A stretch of DNA of 64,000 bases from a virus, in the IMG/VR virus record IMGVR_UViG_2872278132_000003, positions 6,454-70,453 of that record; one strand, given 5' to 3'. Of the stretch, positions 46,058-56,178 are shown piece after piece. The notes beneath the pieces are model-generated. The model made no database searches. It worked only from the letters and a program-made list of their open reading frames with translations, and was not told where the DNA came from. The number at the start of each line of letters is the position of its first letter. The first letter of the stretch is position 1. The translations under genes were made by a program, and so were the position numbers.

Positions 46058-46698
46058 CGACCTCTGCCGACATTCGGGCGCTGTTCGTGCAAGCGCTATT
46101 CGGCCAGACGTCGGCGGGAAATGCGGTCTATTCGCCATTCGACTGGCCGACCAACCCGTCTCAGTATCCGCTCATCCTCGTCCACGCTCGTAAAGAGCGC
46201 AAGGTATCGCTTGGGCCGAATACGCCTGAGTTTGATGTCTATACGACGGTCGAAATTATCGCTCGCGTTCGGGCGCCTGCTGGGGTGGTCGATACCGGGT
46301 CAGTTGCGGCTCTGGCGGGCGCCGAGACCCTAAAGCTTCAGATCGAAGCGACGCTAATCAACAATCCAGATATCTGGGCTGACCCGGCTGGCGGTCAGCG
46401 CATCGAGCAATTCACCTCAGTTGATTCCGAGATCAACACGAGTTCGGAAGGCGAAATGCCTATCGCCGAGTTGGCTATGTCGATCGAAGTGAAGTTCTAC
46501 CAAGGCCCAGAAGACTTCTTCCCGATTCCAGTGCACCCGCTTACGACGGTGAATGTCAACGTCGATACCGCGGCGCCGTTCGATCCGAATGGCACGTACG
46601 CGAACCCGCCCTTCCCTTCTGCGGTGAACCCCGCGCCACGCACCTCCGGGCCTGACGGCCGCAATGAGGGCGCTTTAACCATTTCGCTGCCTCAATAG
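46054..46698 (+). CDS. Probable tail-completion/terminator protein
   Basis: Position before the sheath gene. Confidence 0.55.
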   Translation: MTTSADIRALFVQALFGQTSAGNAVYSPFDWPTNPSQYPLILVHARKERKVSLGPNTPEFDVYTTVEIIARVRAPAGVVDTGSVAALAGAETLKLQIEATLINNPDIWADPAGGQRIEQFTSVDSEINTSSEGEMPIAELAMSIEVKFYQGPEDFFPIPVHPLTTVNVNVDTAAPFDPNGTYANPPFPSAVNPAPRTSGPDGRNEGALTISLPQ

Positions 46699-46708
46699 GA
46701 GCACCCCC

Positions 46709-46885
46709 ATGAAGGTCTACCCGGCTCCGGGCCTCTCTGTGCGAGACCCGGTCACGATGCAATTGCTCGACGAAAACGGGCTTGAAGTCGCTGAAGGCGA
46801 TTTCCATTGGGACCGCATGCTGCGCGACCAGGACGTAACGCTGACGCCCCCGGCAAAGGCCAAGGTCGGAGGTGACAAGCAATGA
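46709..46885 (+). CDS. DUF2635 (Mu gp38-like) small protein
   Basis: Manual translation MKVYPAPGLSVRDPVT...HWDRMLRDQDV. Confidence 0.8.
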   Translation: MKVYPAPGLSVRDPVTMQLLDENGLEVAEGDFHWDRMLRDQDVTLTPPAKAKVGGDKQ

Positions 46886-48363
46886 CCATCGGATTCAAAC
46901 AGATTCCGTCGAATCTCCGCGTGCCCCTGTTCTATGCGGAAGTCGACAACAGCCAGGCGAACACGGCGAACAGTAACCAGCGCGCGCTGATCATCGGACA
47001 GATCACCTCGGCCGGCACCGCGACGCCGAACGTTCCGGTTATCTCGCAGGGCATTTCAGATGCAAAGACGCTGGGCGGCCAAGGCTCGATGCTCGCGCAG
47101 ATGACCTACACATATCGCCAGAACGACAACTTCGGCGAAGTATGGTATCTGCCCCTAGCTGATGATCCTTCGGCTATCACTGCGACTGGCTCGATCGCCT
47201 TCACCGCAGCAGCGACGGCAAACGGTACGCTCTCGCTATATATCGGCGGCATCCTGGTGACGACCGTCATCACGTCGACGCAGACCACGGCTCAGATTGC
47301 GACGGCTGTTGCTGCGGCAATCAATGCGATCAATGATCTCGCGGTCACGGCGACGGCGTCGACGACCACGGTCACTATCACGGCGAAGAATAAGGGCCTC
47401 GCCGGCAACGACATCGACATCCGCGTGAACTATCGCGGTGTGCCGGGTGGCGAAGTGACGCCGACGGGTCTCGCGTTCACGATCACGCCGATGGCAAGCG
47501 GCGCGACGAACCCGAACTTGACGACGGGCCTCGCGAACCTGCAGAGCATGCCGTTCGACTTCATCGTGTGCCCGTACACCGATACGACGTCGCTCGATGC
47601 ACTGAAGAGTTTCCTGAACGACACGACGGGTCGCTGGTCGTGGAGCGTTCAGGTCTACGGCCACTGCTTCTTCGCCTACCGCGGCACGTCTGCTGCGCTG
47701 ACGACGTTCGGCCTGGCGCGCAACAACCAGCATGAGTCGTGCATGGGCTTTTACGACTCGCCGACGCCGGTCTGGAAGTGGGCGGCCGCGTTTGCTGCTG
47801 CTTCGGCTGTGAGCCTGCGTGCTGATCCGGGCGTGCCGCTCCAGACGGTCGTGCTGAACGACGTGCTCGCTCCTCCGCTGGCGTCTCAGTTCTCGTTGTC
47901 GCAGCGAAATACCAACCTGTACGACGGAATTTCGACGTTCACGGTCGGCACGGATGGCACAGTCCGCATTGAAAACGCGATCACGACGTACCAGACGAAT
48001 GCATTCGGCCAGCCCGACAACTCGTATCTCGAAGTCGAGACGATGTTCCTGCTGGCATTCGTGCTGCGTTCGCTGGCTACGGTGGTGACGAGCAAGTATG
48101 CACGCGTGAAGCTGGCGGCCGACGGCACCCGTTTTGCGCCGGGTTCGAACATCGTGACGCCGAGCGTCATCAAGGCAGACATCATCGCGCAGTATCAGAC
48201 GCTCGAATACAACGGATTCGTGCAGAAGAGCCAGCAGTTTGCGCAAGGGTTGATTGTCCAGCAGAACGCCAGCAACCCGAACCGCGTGGACGTGCTCTGG
48301 CCAGGCGTCCTAATCAATCAGTTGCGCATCTTCGCGCTCTTGGCTCAGTTCCGATTGAGCTAA
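46882..48363 (+). CDS. Contractile tail sheath (Mu gpL-like)
   Basis: IPSNLRVPLFYAEVDNSQAN...ITTYQTNAFGQPDNSYL...NQLRIFA. Confidence 0.95.
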   Translation: MTIGFKQIPSNLRVPLFYAEVDNSQANTANSNQRALIIGQITSAGTATPNVPVISQGISDAKTLGGQGSMLAQMTYTYRQNDNFGEVWYLPLADDPSAITATGSIAFTAAATANGTLSLYIGGILVTTVITSTQTTAQIATAVAAAINAINDLAVTATASTTTVTITAKNKGLAGNDIDIRVNYRGVPGGEVTPTGLAFTITPMASGATNPNLTTGLANLQSMPFDFIVCPYTDTTSLDALKSFLNDTTGRWSWSVQVYGHCFFAYRGTSAALTTFGLARNNQHESCMGFYDSPTPVWKWAAAFAAASAVSLRADPGVPLQTVVLNDVLAPPLASQFSLSQRNTNLYDGISTFTVGTDGTVRIENAITTYQTNAFGQPDNSYLEVETMFLLAFVLRSLATVVTSKYARVKLAADGTRFAPGSNIVTPSVIKADIIAQYQTLEYNGFVQKSQQFAQGLIVQQNASNPNRVDVLWPGVLINQLRIFALLAQFRLS

Positions 48364-48378
48364 TCCCAGTCAACCTAG

Positions 48379-48404
48379 GCCGCCTCCGGGCGGCTTCTTT
48401 ATTT
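48379..48404 (+). terminator. Hairpin/terminator between sheath and tube genes
   Basis: GCCGCC-TCCG-GGCGGC-TTCTTT. Confidence 0.55.
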
Positions 48405-48414
48405 GGAGGCCAAA

Positions 48415-48783
48415 TTGGCTGACAACACGAATAGGCTGGCCGGGATTGCCTTTATCTCGGTCGACGGTCAGAACTACATGCTGCAGGGGGACTTGACTTA
48501 TCGAGTCTCAACCATCGAACGAGAATCTCTGATCGGGCAGGACACCGTTCACGGCTACAGCGAAAAGCCGTCGACGGGCATGATTTCCGGCACGCTGCGC
48601 GACGCGAAGAATTTGAGCGTCGCATCGTTTAACTCAATGACGAACAGCACCGTCGTGCTTCAGTTGGCGAACGGCAAGACGATCATCGGAAGATCGATGT
48701 GGTGTGTTGATGTTCAGGAAGTCAAGACAGCGGAGGCGACTTTCGAAGTGAAGTTCGAAGGTCCGTTCGTAAGCGAGAACTGA
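48415..48783 (+). CDS. Tail tube protein (Mu gpM-like)
   Basis: RLAGIAFISVDG...GQDTVHGYSEKP...LANGK; TTG start after GGAGG. Confidence 0.9.
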   Translation: MADNTNRLAGIAFISVDGQNYMLQGDLTYRVSTIERESLIGQDTVHGYSEKPSTGMISGTLRDAKNLSVASFNSMTNSTVVLQLANGKTIIGRSMWCVDVQEVKTAEATFEVKFEGPFVSEN

Positions 48784-48784
48784 T

Positions 48785-49188
48785 ATGCAGCCTGAAGAAA
48801 AAATCATGAAACTTCGCAAGCCGGTCTCGATCGGCTCGGGCGAAGGCGCTGTGACTTACGAATCGCTGAACCTGCGCGAGCCGACCGCTGGCGAGCTCGA
48901 CAAGGCCATGTCGGCGTCGACGAACATCGGCATCGGCATCATGCTGATTAGCCTGGTGGCCGGTGTGCCGAAACTCGCTATCGAGAAACTCTGCCAGCGT
49001 GATTTCACGGAGGCGAACGAGTATCTCGGGGGTTTTACAGACGATGGCCAGACGGATGCGGAAACGTAGTCGCAACCGTTACCTACTTCTTCAGGTGGGG
49101 GCCGGAGGACGCGTGGAAACTTAGCCTCTCCCGGCTGGCCTGGTGGCGTGAGCAGGCTGAACTAATCAAGAAAGAGATGGAGTCGTAA
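48785..49188 (+). CDS. Tail assembly chaperone (48785-49069) with predicted -1 frameshift extension to 49188
   Basis: LNLREPTAGEL; slippery G GGT TTT at 49030-49036; the -1 frame is open to TAA 49186-49188. Confidence 0.8.
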
Positions 49189-51038
49189 TGGCAGCCGCTA
49201 CGCCTTTTGTCGTCACTATAACGGCCGTTGACAAGGCGACTGCCAATGTCCGCAAGATCAAGGCGTCATTCGCCAACCTCACGAAGCCGGCGCGCGACCT
49301 GAAATCGTCCTTTTCTAACTTCGGGAAGGAAGTCGGTCTCGATCGCGTCGCGAAGTCGATGAAGTCTGTCGGAACTGCGGCGGCGGACACCGCGCGCTCT
49401 GTGGCGTCGCTCATCACCCCCCTTACGGCCATTGCGGGTATAGGCTCCATCGCCGGTATTGCCCTGCTCGCCAACGAGTGGGGAAAGATGGGCGCCGAGG
49501 TGGAGCGCACGTCTGGCGTATTGGGCGTGTCGACTGACGATTTGCAGGCGTTTCGCGGCGCGGCGAAGCTCGCCGGACTGTCTGCAGAGGATATGACAGG
49601 CAGCCTCAAGTCTCTCGGTCGAACCATCGAAGATGCAACATTTGGGCGCAATCAGGACGCGCTCGTGATGATGCATAAATTCGGCATCTCACTCCATCGA
49701 ACGAAGGACGGCGCCGTCGATGCGACGCGTGCACTCAAAGAGGTGGCGAATGCGATCGTCGCCCAGAAAGGCAATGTTCAGGCTCAGTCGCTTATCGCTG
49801 GTGCGTTTGGCGTCGAGTCGCTTCTTCCTTTGCTGCAAAAAGGCGGGGGCGGCATCGATGCGTTCGTGAAGCAGGCGAAGGAATTGGGACTCGTCTTCGA
49901 TAAGCAAACCCTTTCCAAAGGGCGGAAGTTCAATGCCAACATGCTGCACCTCGAGGCGGCGGCAACGCGACTCAAGTACTCGTTCGGCGATGCCCTGGCA
50001 CCTGCGGTTGAAAAGGTGCTCAACGTCGTTGGCCGGCTCGTCGACAAGTACGGCGATATCGTCGCGACGCGCATTTCGGAGTACGTCGAGCGGTTCGCGA
50101 AGTGGGTCGACGGTGTTGATTGGGACAAGACCGCAAAGGGTATCGGAGATTTCGTAGATGCCCTCGGTGGCGTGAAAGGAGTTGCCGCCGTGATTGCGGC
50201 GATTACATTCGCTGGGCCGATCGGCGGCGTTCTGAACCTTGTTTCCAGCCTCGTCACGTTGACGACTCTTACCATCCCTGCCGCAGTGACAGCCTTAGGT
50301 ACGCTTGGCCTGGCTGGCATCGCTGCGTGGGCCGCCCTGAAGGTTGCGAAGCTGGCTGGTTTGCCTGACGTCGACAACACGCAGGGCATCGACGACGTTC
50401 GAAATGGCGATTGGCTGGCGGCATCGACGCATCTTCCCGCAGGAGATTTTCTGCGCGCGCTCGCCGCGCACATGTCGGGGACGTCCAATTCGGACATCGC
50501 TGCATCGCTCGAAGCCGGTGGCAATCCCTCTGCAGCGGCAATCGGCGATACTAAGGTCCCGCTCGGAATCCGCAGCAATAACCCGCTGAACATCCTTAAC
50601 AATGGCAATGAGCGAACCTACGCGACGCCTGAGGAAGGCATTGCGGCGGCGACAGCGAATCTTCGGCGCCGGTATGGCGGCCTGACGCTCGCTCAGATCG
50701 CGGATAAGTGGACTGGCGGCGCACGCACGGGCAATACGCCAGAGCAGATGGCTAACTACACCGGACTGTTGTCCAAAGGTACGGGGCTATCGGCTGATCA
50801 GGTTCCGAACCTAAACGACCGCGCCACGCTTGCCGGTTTGATCAAGTCGCAAATCCGCGCAGAAAACGGGGTTCAGCCTTATACCGATTCTCAGATCGGG
50901 GCGGGCGTCGACAAGGGGCTTCAGGTCGACGTTCATCTGCACAACGCGCCTGCTGGCACAAAGGCAACTGCCACTGTGCGCAGCGGGAAAGGCTCTGCGC
51001 GCGTCAGCACCTCTAACGTAACAGGTCCGTCCGTATGA
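49188..51038 (+). CDS. Tape measure protein
   Basis: ITAVDKAT N-terminus, Ala/Gly-rich, position after the chaperone. Confidence 0.88.
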   Translation: MAAATPFVVTITAVDKATANVRKIKASFANLTKPARDLKSSFSNFGKEVGLDRVAKSMKSVGTAAADTARSVASLITPLTAIAGIGSIAGIALLANEWGKMGAEVERTSGVLGVSTDDLQAFRGAAKLAGLSAEDMTGSLKSLGRTIEDATFGRNQDALVMMHKFGISLHRTKDGAVDATRALKEVANAIVAQKGNVQAQSLIAGAFGVESLLPLLQKGGGGIDAFVKQAKELGLVFDKQTLSKGRKFNANMLHLEAAATRLKYSFGDALAPAVEKVLNVVGRLVDKYGDIVATRISEYVERFAKWVDGVDWDKTAKGIGDFVDALGGVKGVAAVIAAITFAGPIGGVLNLVSSLVTLTTLTIPAAVTALGTLGLAGIAAWAALKVAKLAGLPDVDNTQGIDDVRNGDWLAASTHLPAGDFLRALAAHMSGTSNSDIAASLEAGGNPSAAAIGDTKVPLGIRSNNPLNILNNGNERTYATPEEGIAAATANLRRRYGGLTLAQIADKWTGGARTGNTPEQMANYTGLLSKGTGLSADQVPNLNDRATLAGLIKSQIRAENGVQPYTDSQIGAGVDKGLQVDVHLHNAPAGTKATATVRSGKGSARVSTSNVTGPSV

Positions 51039-52492
51039 GTTCAGCAGACTTCGTCAATGCCGTCGGGAGCATCGGTGGCGTCGCGCAGATGGCTAGGGAT
51101 GTTGCGGGTATCTTCGCTAACGGAAGCGACTACTGGCGCCGGATGCGCACGGCAAGCTATGGCGGCGTACCGTTTGCCGTGCTGGATGAGCGCGGCACGT
51201 TTGGTCGGCGAAACGTTATCCATGAGTATCCGAACAAAGAAACGATGCCGTGGATCGAAGATCTGGGGATATCGACGAACATATTTCGGGTCGAAGGCTT
51301 TCTGGTCGAAAACAGCCTCGTTTATGGTGGCGGCTCAGTCATCGATCAGCGTCAGCGTCTGCTTGAAGTAATTCAGGGTGGTAAGAACGGCAACACCAAG
51401 GCGCCGGGGCTCGGAACTCTCGTTCACCCGACATGGGGGACGATAAAGGTCAATTGCCTGACCGTAGAATTCGGCACTTCATGGGACCGCGGCCGCGTCA
51501 TTGAGGTGCGGCTTGTCTTTGCGAGGGGCGGCGACCGGCTTTATCCAAAGGCGCAGCAACCGACCATCACTGCGGTCATAGGCGCTGCGTCTGGACTTAA
51601 TCTCGCCTCTCTGGCGAGCTTCGCGACGCGCATTGCCACTGCCATCAAGGCGGGTGCCGCAGTAATCCAATCTGCGGTCTCGACGGTCGTCGGCTGGTAT
51701 CAGACCGTTACCACTCTGGTTCACGATGTCAAGCGTTTCTGGAATTCGATTTCGACGCTGGCCGGAAATTTCGGGCGTCTCTTTGGCGGCGGAAATACCG
51801 GCTATGTGGGCGCAAACCAGAAAGCGTCCAGCGCTGCGACTGTCACAAGCCTGATCTCGGCTGATACGGCGAATCGCGCAGCAGTGGCGACGGCCGGAAG
51901 TGCGCTCACTGCGGCTGCGTCCAATGTGGGCGCCGACCAAACGACATTCGCGAATTCGGCGCAAGGAGTCGTTACGGCTCTAGCTGCGTCCGCAGCGTCG
52001 CCGGCAGACGCTATCCGGCTGCTGTCGAGCCTCATGGCGTTCGCGCCTTCGCCGGTTGTCGGAACGTCGCAGGTTGCGCTCGCCCAGAAAACGATGCAAA
52101 ACGCGTGCGGTGATTTGCTGCGCCGAGCGACAGTCGCTCAGATTGCCGTAGCAGCAACGACATATCAGCCGACGTCGGCAGATAATGCATCGACGATGCG
52201 CGACAGCATCACGGCGCTGATCGATAATGAGATCACGACGGCGGCAAATCAGGGTGAAGACGATGTTTATATGTCGCTCAAGACTTTGCGACAGTCGGTC
52301 GTCGCCGACCTTGATGCGCGCGGCTCTGGACTAGCGGCAATCGCGACGTTCAGTTTCGGCAATACACTGCCGGCGCTCACGCTTGCGAACCGGCTATACC
52401 GTGACGCGACGCGCTCGGATGAACTGGTGGCGCAGGCTAATCCAGTACATCCGGCCTTCATGCAAACATCGTTCAAGGCTTTGTCGCGGTAG
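51035..52492 (+). CDS. DNA circularization protein (Mu gpN-like)
   Basis: ASYGGVPF...GRRNVIHEYP...EDLG...GTLVHPTWG...PALTLANRLYRDATR...HPAFM. Confidence 0.92.
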   Translation: MSSADFVNAVGSIGGVAQMARDVAGIFANGSDYWRRMRTASYGGVPFAVLDERGTFGRRNVIHEYPNKETMPWIEDLGISTNIFRVEGFLVENSLVYGGGSVIDQRQRLLEVIQGGKNGNTKAPGLGTLVHPTWGTIKVNCLTVEFGTSWDRGRVIEVRLVFARGGDRLYPKAQQPTITAVIGAASGLNLASLASFATRIATAIKAGAAVIQSAVSTVVGWYQTVTTLVHDVKRFWNSISTLAGNFGRLFGGGNTGYVGANQKASSAATVTSLISADTANRAAVATAGSALTAAASNVGADQTTFANSAQGVVTALAASAASPADAIRLLSSLMAFAPSPVVGTSQVALAQKTMQNACGDLLRRATVAQIAVAATTYQPTSADNASTMRDSITALIDNEITTAANQGEDDVYMSLKTLRQSVVADLDARGSGLAAIATFSFGNTLPALTLANRLYRDATRSDELVAQANPVHPAFMQTSFKALSR

Positions 52493-52494
52493 CG

Positions 52495-52896
52495 TCAGTT
52501 GCCTTGCGGCTTCCATTTGATCTGGTCGGTGTATGAGTCGTAGTAGGTCGTTCCATACCAAACGCTCAGGGGTTTGCCAGTTTCGCCTTTCAGGCCTCGG
52601 CGCACGACATTGACCGACACAAAGATGTGTTTATCGGTGGTCGGAAGTACCTTTTCTTTCATCAGTTCCTTGAGCACGGCTCGCGCCACGATTGTCGAAT
52701 CGGCTTTGGCCCGCTCAAGTGAGTCTGGGTCCGCTTTGTAGTAGAGCGTGTAGCTGTAACTCCCGTCATCAGACGCATCTCCCGCCTCAACGGACTCCCA
52801 GTTTGGCTGCTTTGCGACGCGTATGGAAGGCGCTTTGCCAGCAATTGCCGAGAGCGATGCGACGCTAAGAATTGTTGCGATGACAAGTTTCTTCAT
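52495..52896 (-). CDS. Exported hypothetical protein (moron, antisense to tail genes)
   Basis: Signal peptide MKKLVIATILSVASLSAIA; GAGGA SD. Confidence 0.75.
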   Translation of the reverse strand: MKKLVIATILSVASLSAIAGKAPSIRVAKQPNWESVEAGDASDDGSYSYTLYYKADPDSLERAKADSTIVARAVLKELMKEKVLPTTDKHIFVSVNVVRRGLKGETGKPLSVWYGTTYYDSYTDQIKWKPQGN

Positions 52897-52918
52897 GTTT
52901 TCCTCTTGGGTTTAGCGC

Positions 52919-54010
52919 ATGGTTGACGACGGAATTCTTCTCTCGATTGGCAATTATATGCTGTCGGGATGGACGAGCCTGCGCTGTACTCGTGGCATTG
53001 AAAGGTTCCCGTCCGACTTCGAAATCGGCATGACCGAACTGTTTCCCGGCCAGGCCAATGACGTTGTTGTGCAGCCTGGCGACGAGTGCATTCTGACGAT
53101 TGGCCTCGATCCTGTCGTGACTGGCTATGTCGACAAGGTACTCCCGTCCTTTAACGCGAACATGCATGAGATTCGCGTGACCGGGCGCGGCAAGTGTCAA
53201 GACGTCCTTGATTGCGCCGCTCTCTGGCCATCCGGGCAGATCAGCAATTGCACAGTAGTTGACATAGCGACGAAGCTGGCTGAACCGTATGGCGTCACCG
53301 TCAATTGCGATGTGACGGGCCTCCCGATCATTCCGCAGCAGAACATCATGCTCGGCGAAACGGCGTACGAGATCATTGAGCGGTCCGCACGATTCAGCGC
53401 CCTACTCGTCTACGAGGAGCGCGATGGAACGCTGAGGTTGGCGCGCGCTAATACGGAGGCAATGGCGAGCGGCATCCAGGAGGGAATCAACCTAGAAAGC
53501 GCTGCGGTTGACTGGTCGATGGATCAGCGGTACTCCGACATTACATGCGTGATGATCGGGACCAACAACCTTCAGGACCTCAACGCAGTCAACCAGCCGG
53601 CGTACACGATCATTGATCCCAATGTGCCACGCTTTCGCAACCGGATCATCATCGCCGAGGCTGGCGAGATTGGCTGGAACGTTGGCAAGCAACGTGCGGA
53701 CTGGGAGATTGCGCGACGCGCTGGCCGGTCAAGGGTTGTGCATGTGGTGGTCGACAACTGGCGCGACGTGGACGGCAACCTCTGGGAGCCGAACAAACTG
53801 ATTGACGTCCTGATTCCCTCCCTGAAGGTCTCGAAAGATCAGGGGGGAACAGTGCCCGAGCGCTTCCTTATCTCCGAAGTGACGTATCACCTGGGTCTTG
53901 ATGGGACGCATGCCGAACTAACGCTGATGATCCCGGAAGCATTCGAGCCGCAACCAATCGTTCTGATGCCGCAGTACGGCGATGTCCACGGAACAGTCCC
54001 GCAACAATGA
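52919..54010 (+). CDS. Baseplate hub (Mu gpP/gp44-like)
   Basis: GWTSLRCTRGIE...VTGYVD...DVLDCA...WRDVDGNLWEPN. Confidence 0.9.
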   Translation: MVDDGILLSIGNYMLSGWTSLRCTRGIERFPSDFEIGMTELFPGQANDVVVQPGDECILTIGLDPVVTGYVDKVLPSFNANMHEIRVTGRGKCQDVLDCAALWPSGQISNCTVVDIATKLAEPYGVTVNCDVTGLPIIPQQNIMLGETAYEIIERSARFSALLVYEERDGTLRLARANTEAMASGIQEGINLESAAVDWSMDQRYSDITCVMIGTNNLQDLNAVNQPAYTIIDPNVPRFRNRIIIAEAGEIGWNVGKQRADWEIARRAGRSRVVHVVVDNWRDVDGNLWEPNKLIDVLIPSLKVSKDQGGTVPERFLISEVTYHLGLDGTHAELTLMIPEAFEPQPIVLMPQYGDVHGTVPQQ

Positions 54011-54606
54011 GCGATCAACAAGGAATTCTCGAGCGCGTCGCGAGGCGCGTTCTGATGTCGCTCGCCCGCGCGCTGGTGACGACGGTCAATGATTCTGGCG
54101 GCGTCCAGATGATGCAGGTGAAGTTGAACGCACTCGAGACGCGAGACAACACGCCGCGGCCAGTTGAGTTTGGGCTGACATCGAATCCGCCGGACGGTTC
54201 CGACGCGTTTGTTGTATTCCTCGGTGGTGACCGGTCGAACGGCGTCGTGCTGGGTACCGTCCACCAGCCTTCGCGGCCGACAGGGCTGCAGCCTGGCGAG
54301 ACGATGATCTACACGCAGGACGGAAAGCAGATCTATCTGACGGCGTCGGGCGGCATCAAGGTAAAGGCAAACAATCAGCCTGTCGAGGTCGACAACGCGA
54401 CGATCGTCACGATCAACGCATCGACAAAGATCAGGGCCGTCACGCCTCGATTCGAATGCACGGGCGATATCGTCGATAACTGCGATACGACGGGCCGCAG
54501 CATGGCATCCGAGCGGGTCATTTTCAACGGCCACAACCATGACGTACATAACGTTCAGGGCGGTGGCAGCACCATCACCTCCAACTCGCCGAACCAGACC
54601 GAATGA
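54007..54606 (+). CDS. Baseplate spike (Mu gp45-like)
   Basis: FGLTSNPP, GGDRSNGVV, LQPGET, C-terminal HNH. Confidence 0.9.
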   Translation: MSDQQGILERVARRVLMSLARALVTTVNDSGGVQMMQVKLNALETRDNTPRPVEFGLTSNPPDGSDAFVVFLGGDRSNGVVLGTVHQPSRPTGLQPGETMIYTQDGKQIYLTASGGIKVKANNQPVEVDNATIVTINASTKIRAVTPRFECTGDIVDNCDTTGRSMASERVIFNGHNHDVHNVQGGGSTITSNSPNQTE

Positions 54607-55049
54607 CCGATACGACAACCATCTGGGATACGGCGAATTCGCGCGGCGACTGGAGTATGTCCGGTGCGCTGCTGACGACCGGCAACGATCTAGAAACCGC
54701 CGTCCTGATCAGCCTTTTCACCGATAGAATCGCCGAGCCCGATGACATGATTCCCGACGGTTCGAACGATCCCCGCGGCTGGTGGGGCGACGAATTCAGC
54801 ACCGTCAAGATCGGCTCGCGGCTCTGGCTGCTACAGCGAGCGAAACAGACTCAGGAAACGTTGCAACGTGCCTATGACTACATCGTCGAGGCGCTGCAAT
54901 GGATGATCGACGACGGAGTAGTGGCGAAGTTCGATGTCTACGTCGAGTGGACGAAGACTAGCGAACTCGGCGCACAGGTCGTCGCATACAAACAGGATGG
55001 CTCGACGGTGGCGAATGCCTATACGTGGGCCTGGCAGGGAGTTAGTTAA
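54603..55049 (+). CDS. Baseplate wedge (Mu gp46-like)
   Basis: LETAVLISLFTDR...RGWWGD...GSRLWLL..AK...EALQWMIDDG. Confidence 0.92.
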   Translation: MTDTTTIWDTANSRGDWSMSGALLTTGNDLETAVLISLFTDRIAEPDDMIPDGSNDPRGWWGDEFSTVKIGSRLWLLQRAKQTQETLQRAYDYIVEALQWMIDDGVVAKFDVYVEWTKTSELGAQVVAYKQDGSTVANAYTWAWQGVS

Positions 55050-56170
55050 TGCCGTTCGCTCGCCCGACACTTTCGGACCTAAAAACGCAAGTTGCATCGG
55101 ACATTGCCTCTAGCGTTCCCGGCTCAGATCCGCTCCTTCGCATTGCCAACCTCAAGATAACCGGCGACGTTCAAGCGGGTCTCGCTCATCTTCATTACGG
55201 TTATCTCGACTGGCTGGCACAGCAGGCCGTCCCATGGACGGCAACCGATGAATATCTCGAGGCATGGGGGGCACTGAAGAACGTCTATCGCAAACAGGCG
55301 ACGGCGGCGACCGGGAGCATCGCATTTCCCGGTTCGGCGGGCACCATTAACGCGGGCACGACGATCGTGCGCGGCGATGGCGTTACCTATACGGTCAATG
55401 CCAGCGCAACCGTGTCGGGTTCGTCGGTGACTGTCGCGGTTACGGCGACAGCGGCGGGATCGGCCGGCAATTGTGCCTCGGGCACTGCCATGACGCTCGG
55501 CACCGCTATTACTGGCATCCAGTCAGGCGGAGCCGCAACTGCGGCCTTCACTGGCGGTGCAGACGTCGAGAACGATACGGAGTTCGGTGCGCGTGTGATG
55601 GCCGCATTCCAGGCTTCGCCGCAAGGCGGCGCGAAGGGCGACTACCAAACGTGGGCGCTCGCTGTTCCCGGCGTGACGCGCGCATGGATCGCGCCGAATG
55701 GCTTCGGAACCGGTACGGTCGTCGTCTATTTCATGATGGACAACTCGGAGTCTGCTTTCAACGGATTCCCGCAGGGCACGAATGGCGTTTCGCAATTCGA
55801 CCAAGGCCCGGGCGGAGCGCCGCGCGGCGTGGTCGCGACCGGCGATCAACTGTTGTTGGCCAACATGATCATCACGCAGCAACCGGTTACAGCGCTCGTC
55901 TATGCGTGCGCACCGATTGCGAACACGATCAATTTCACGATCAACGGCCTGACCTCCTCGAGTACGACGACGCGCAACGCGATTGCCGCAGCAATTTCCG
56001 GCGTATTTTTGGCAAACGGCGCGCCGGGCGGAACGATCAACCTGTCGGCCATCGAATCCGCCATTTCTGCCGTTCCAAACACTGCAGGATTCGTCATTAC
56101 GTCGCCGACGGGGAACATCACGAGTGCGACGGGCTACCTGCCCGTACTAGGCACCGTCAACTATGTCTGA
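55049..56170 (+). CDS. Baseplate J / Mu gp47-like
   Basis: PFARPTL, GGADVEND, PQGGAKGDYQTWALAVPGVTRAW. Confidence 0.92.
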   Translation: MPFARPTLSDLKTQVASDIASSVPGSDPLLRIANLKITGDVQAGLAHLHYGYLDWLAQQAVPWTATDEYLEAWGALKNVYRKQATAATGSIAFPGSAGTINAGTTIVRGDGVTYTVNASATVSGSSVTVAVTATAAGSAGNCASGTAMTLGTAITGIQSGGAATAAFTGGADVENDTEFGARVMAAFQASPQGGAKGDYQTWALAVPGVTRAWIAPNGFGTGTVVVYFMMDNSESAFNGFPQGTNGVSQFDQGPGGAPRGVVATGDQLLLANMIITQQPVTALVYACAPIANTINFTINGLTSSSTTTRNAIAAAISGVFLANGAPGGTINLSAIESAISAVPNTAGFVITSPTGNITSATGYLPVLGTVNYV

Positions 56171-56178
56171 GGTGAGTA

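Noticed and set aside
43248..48246. Long minus-strand ORFs (633 aa, 336 aa) over the head and sheath genes
   Set aside because: Antisense shadows caused by GC-rich codon bias.
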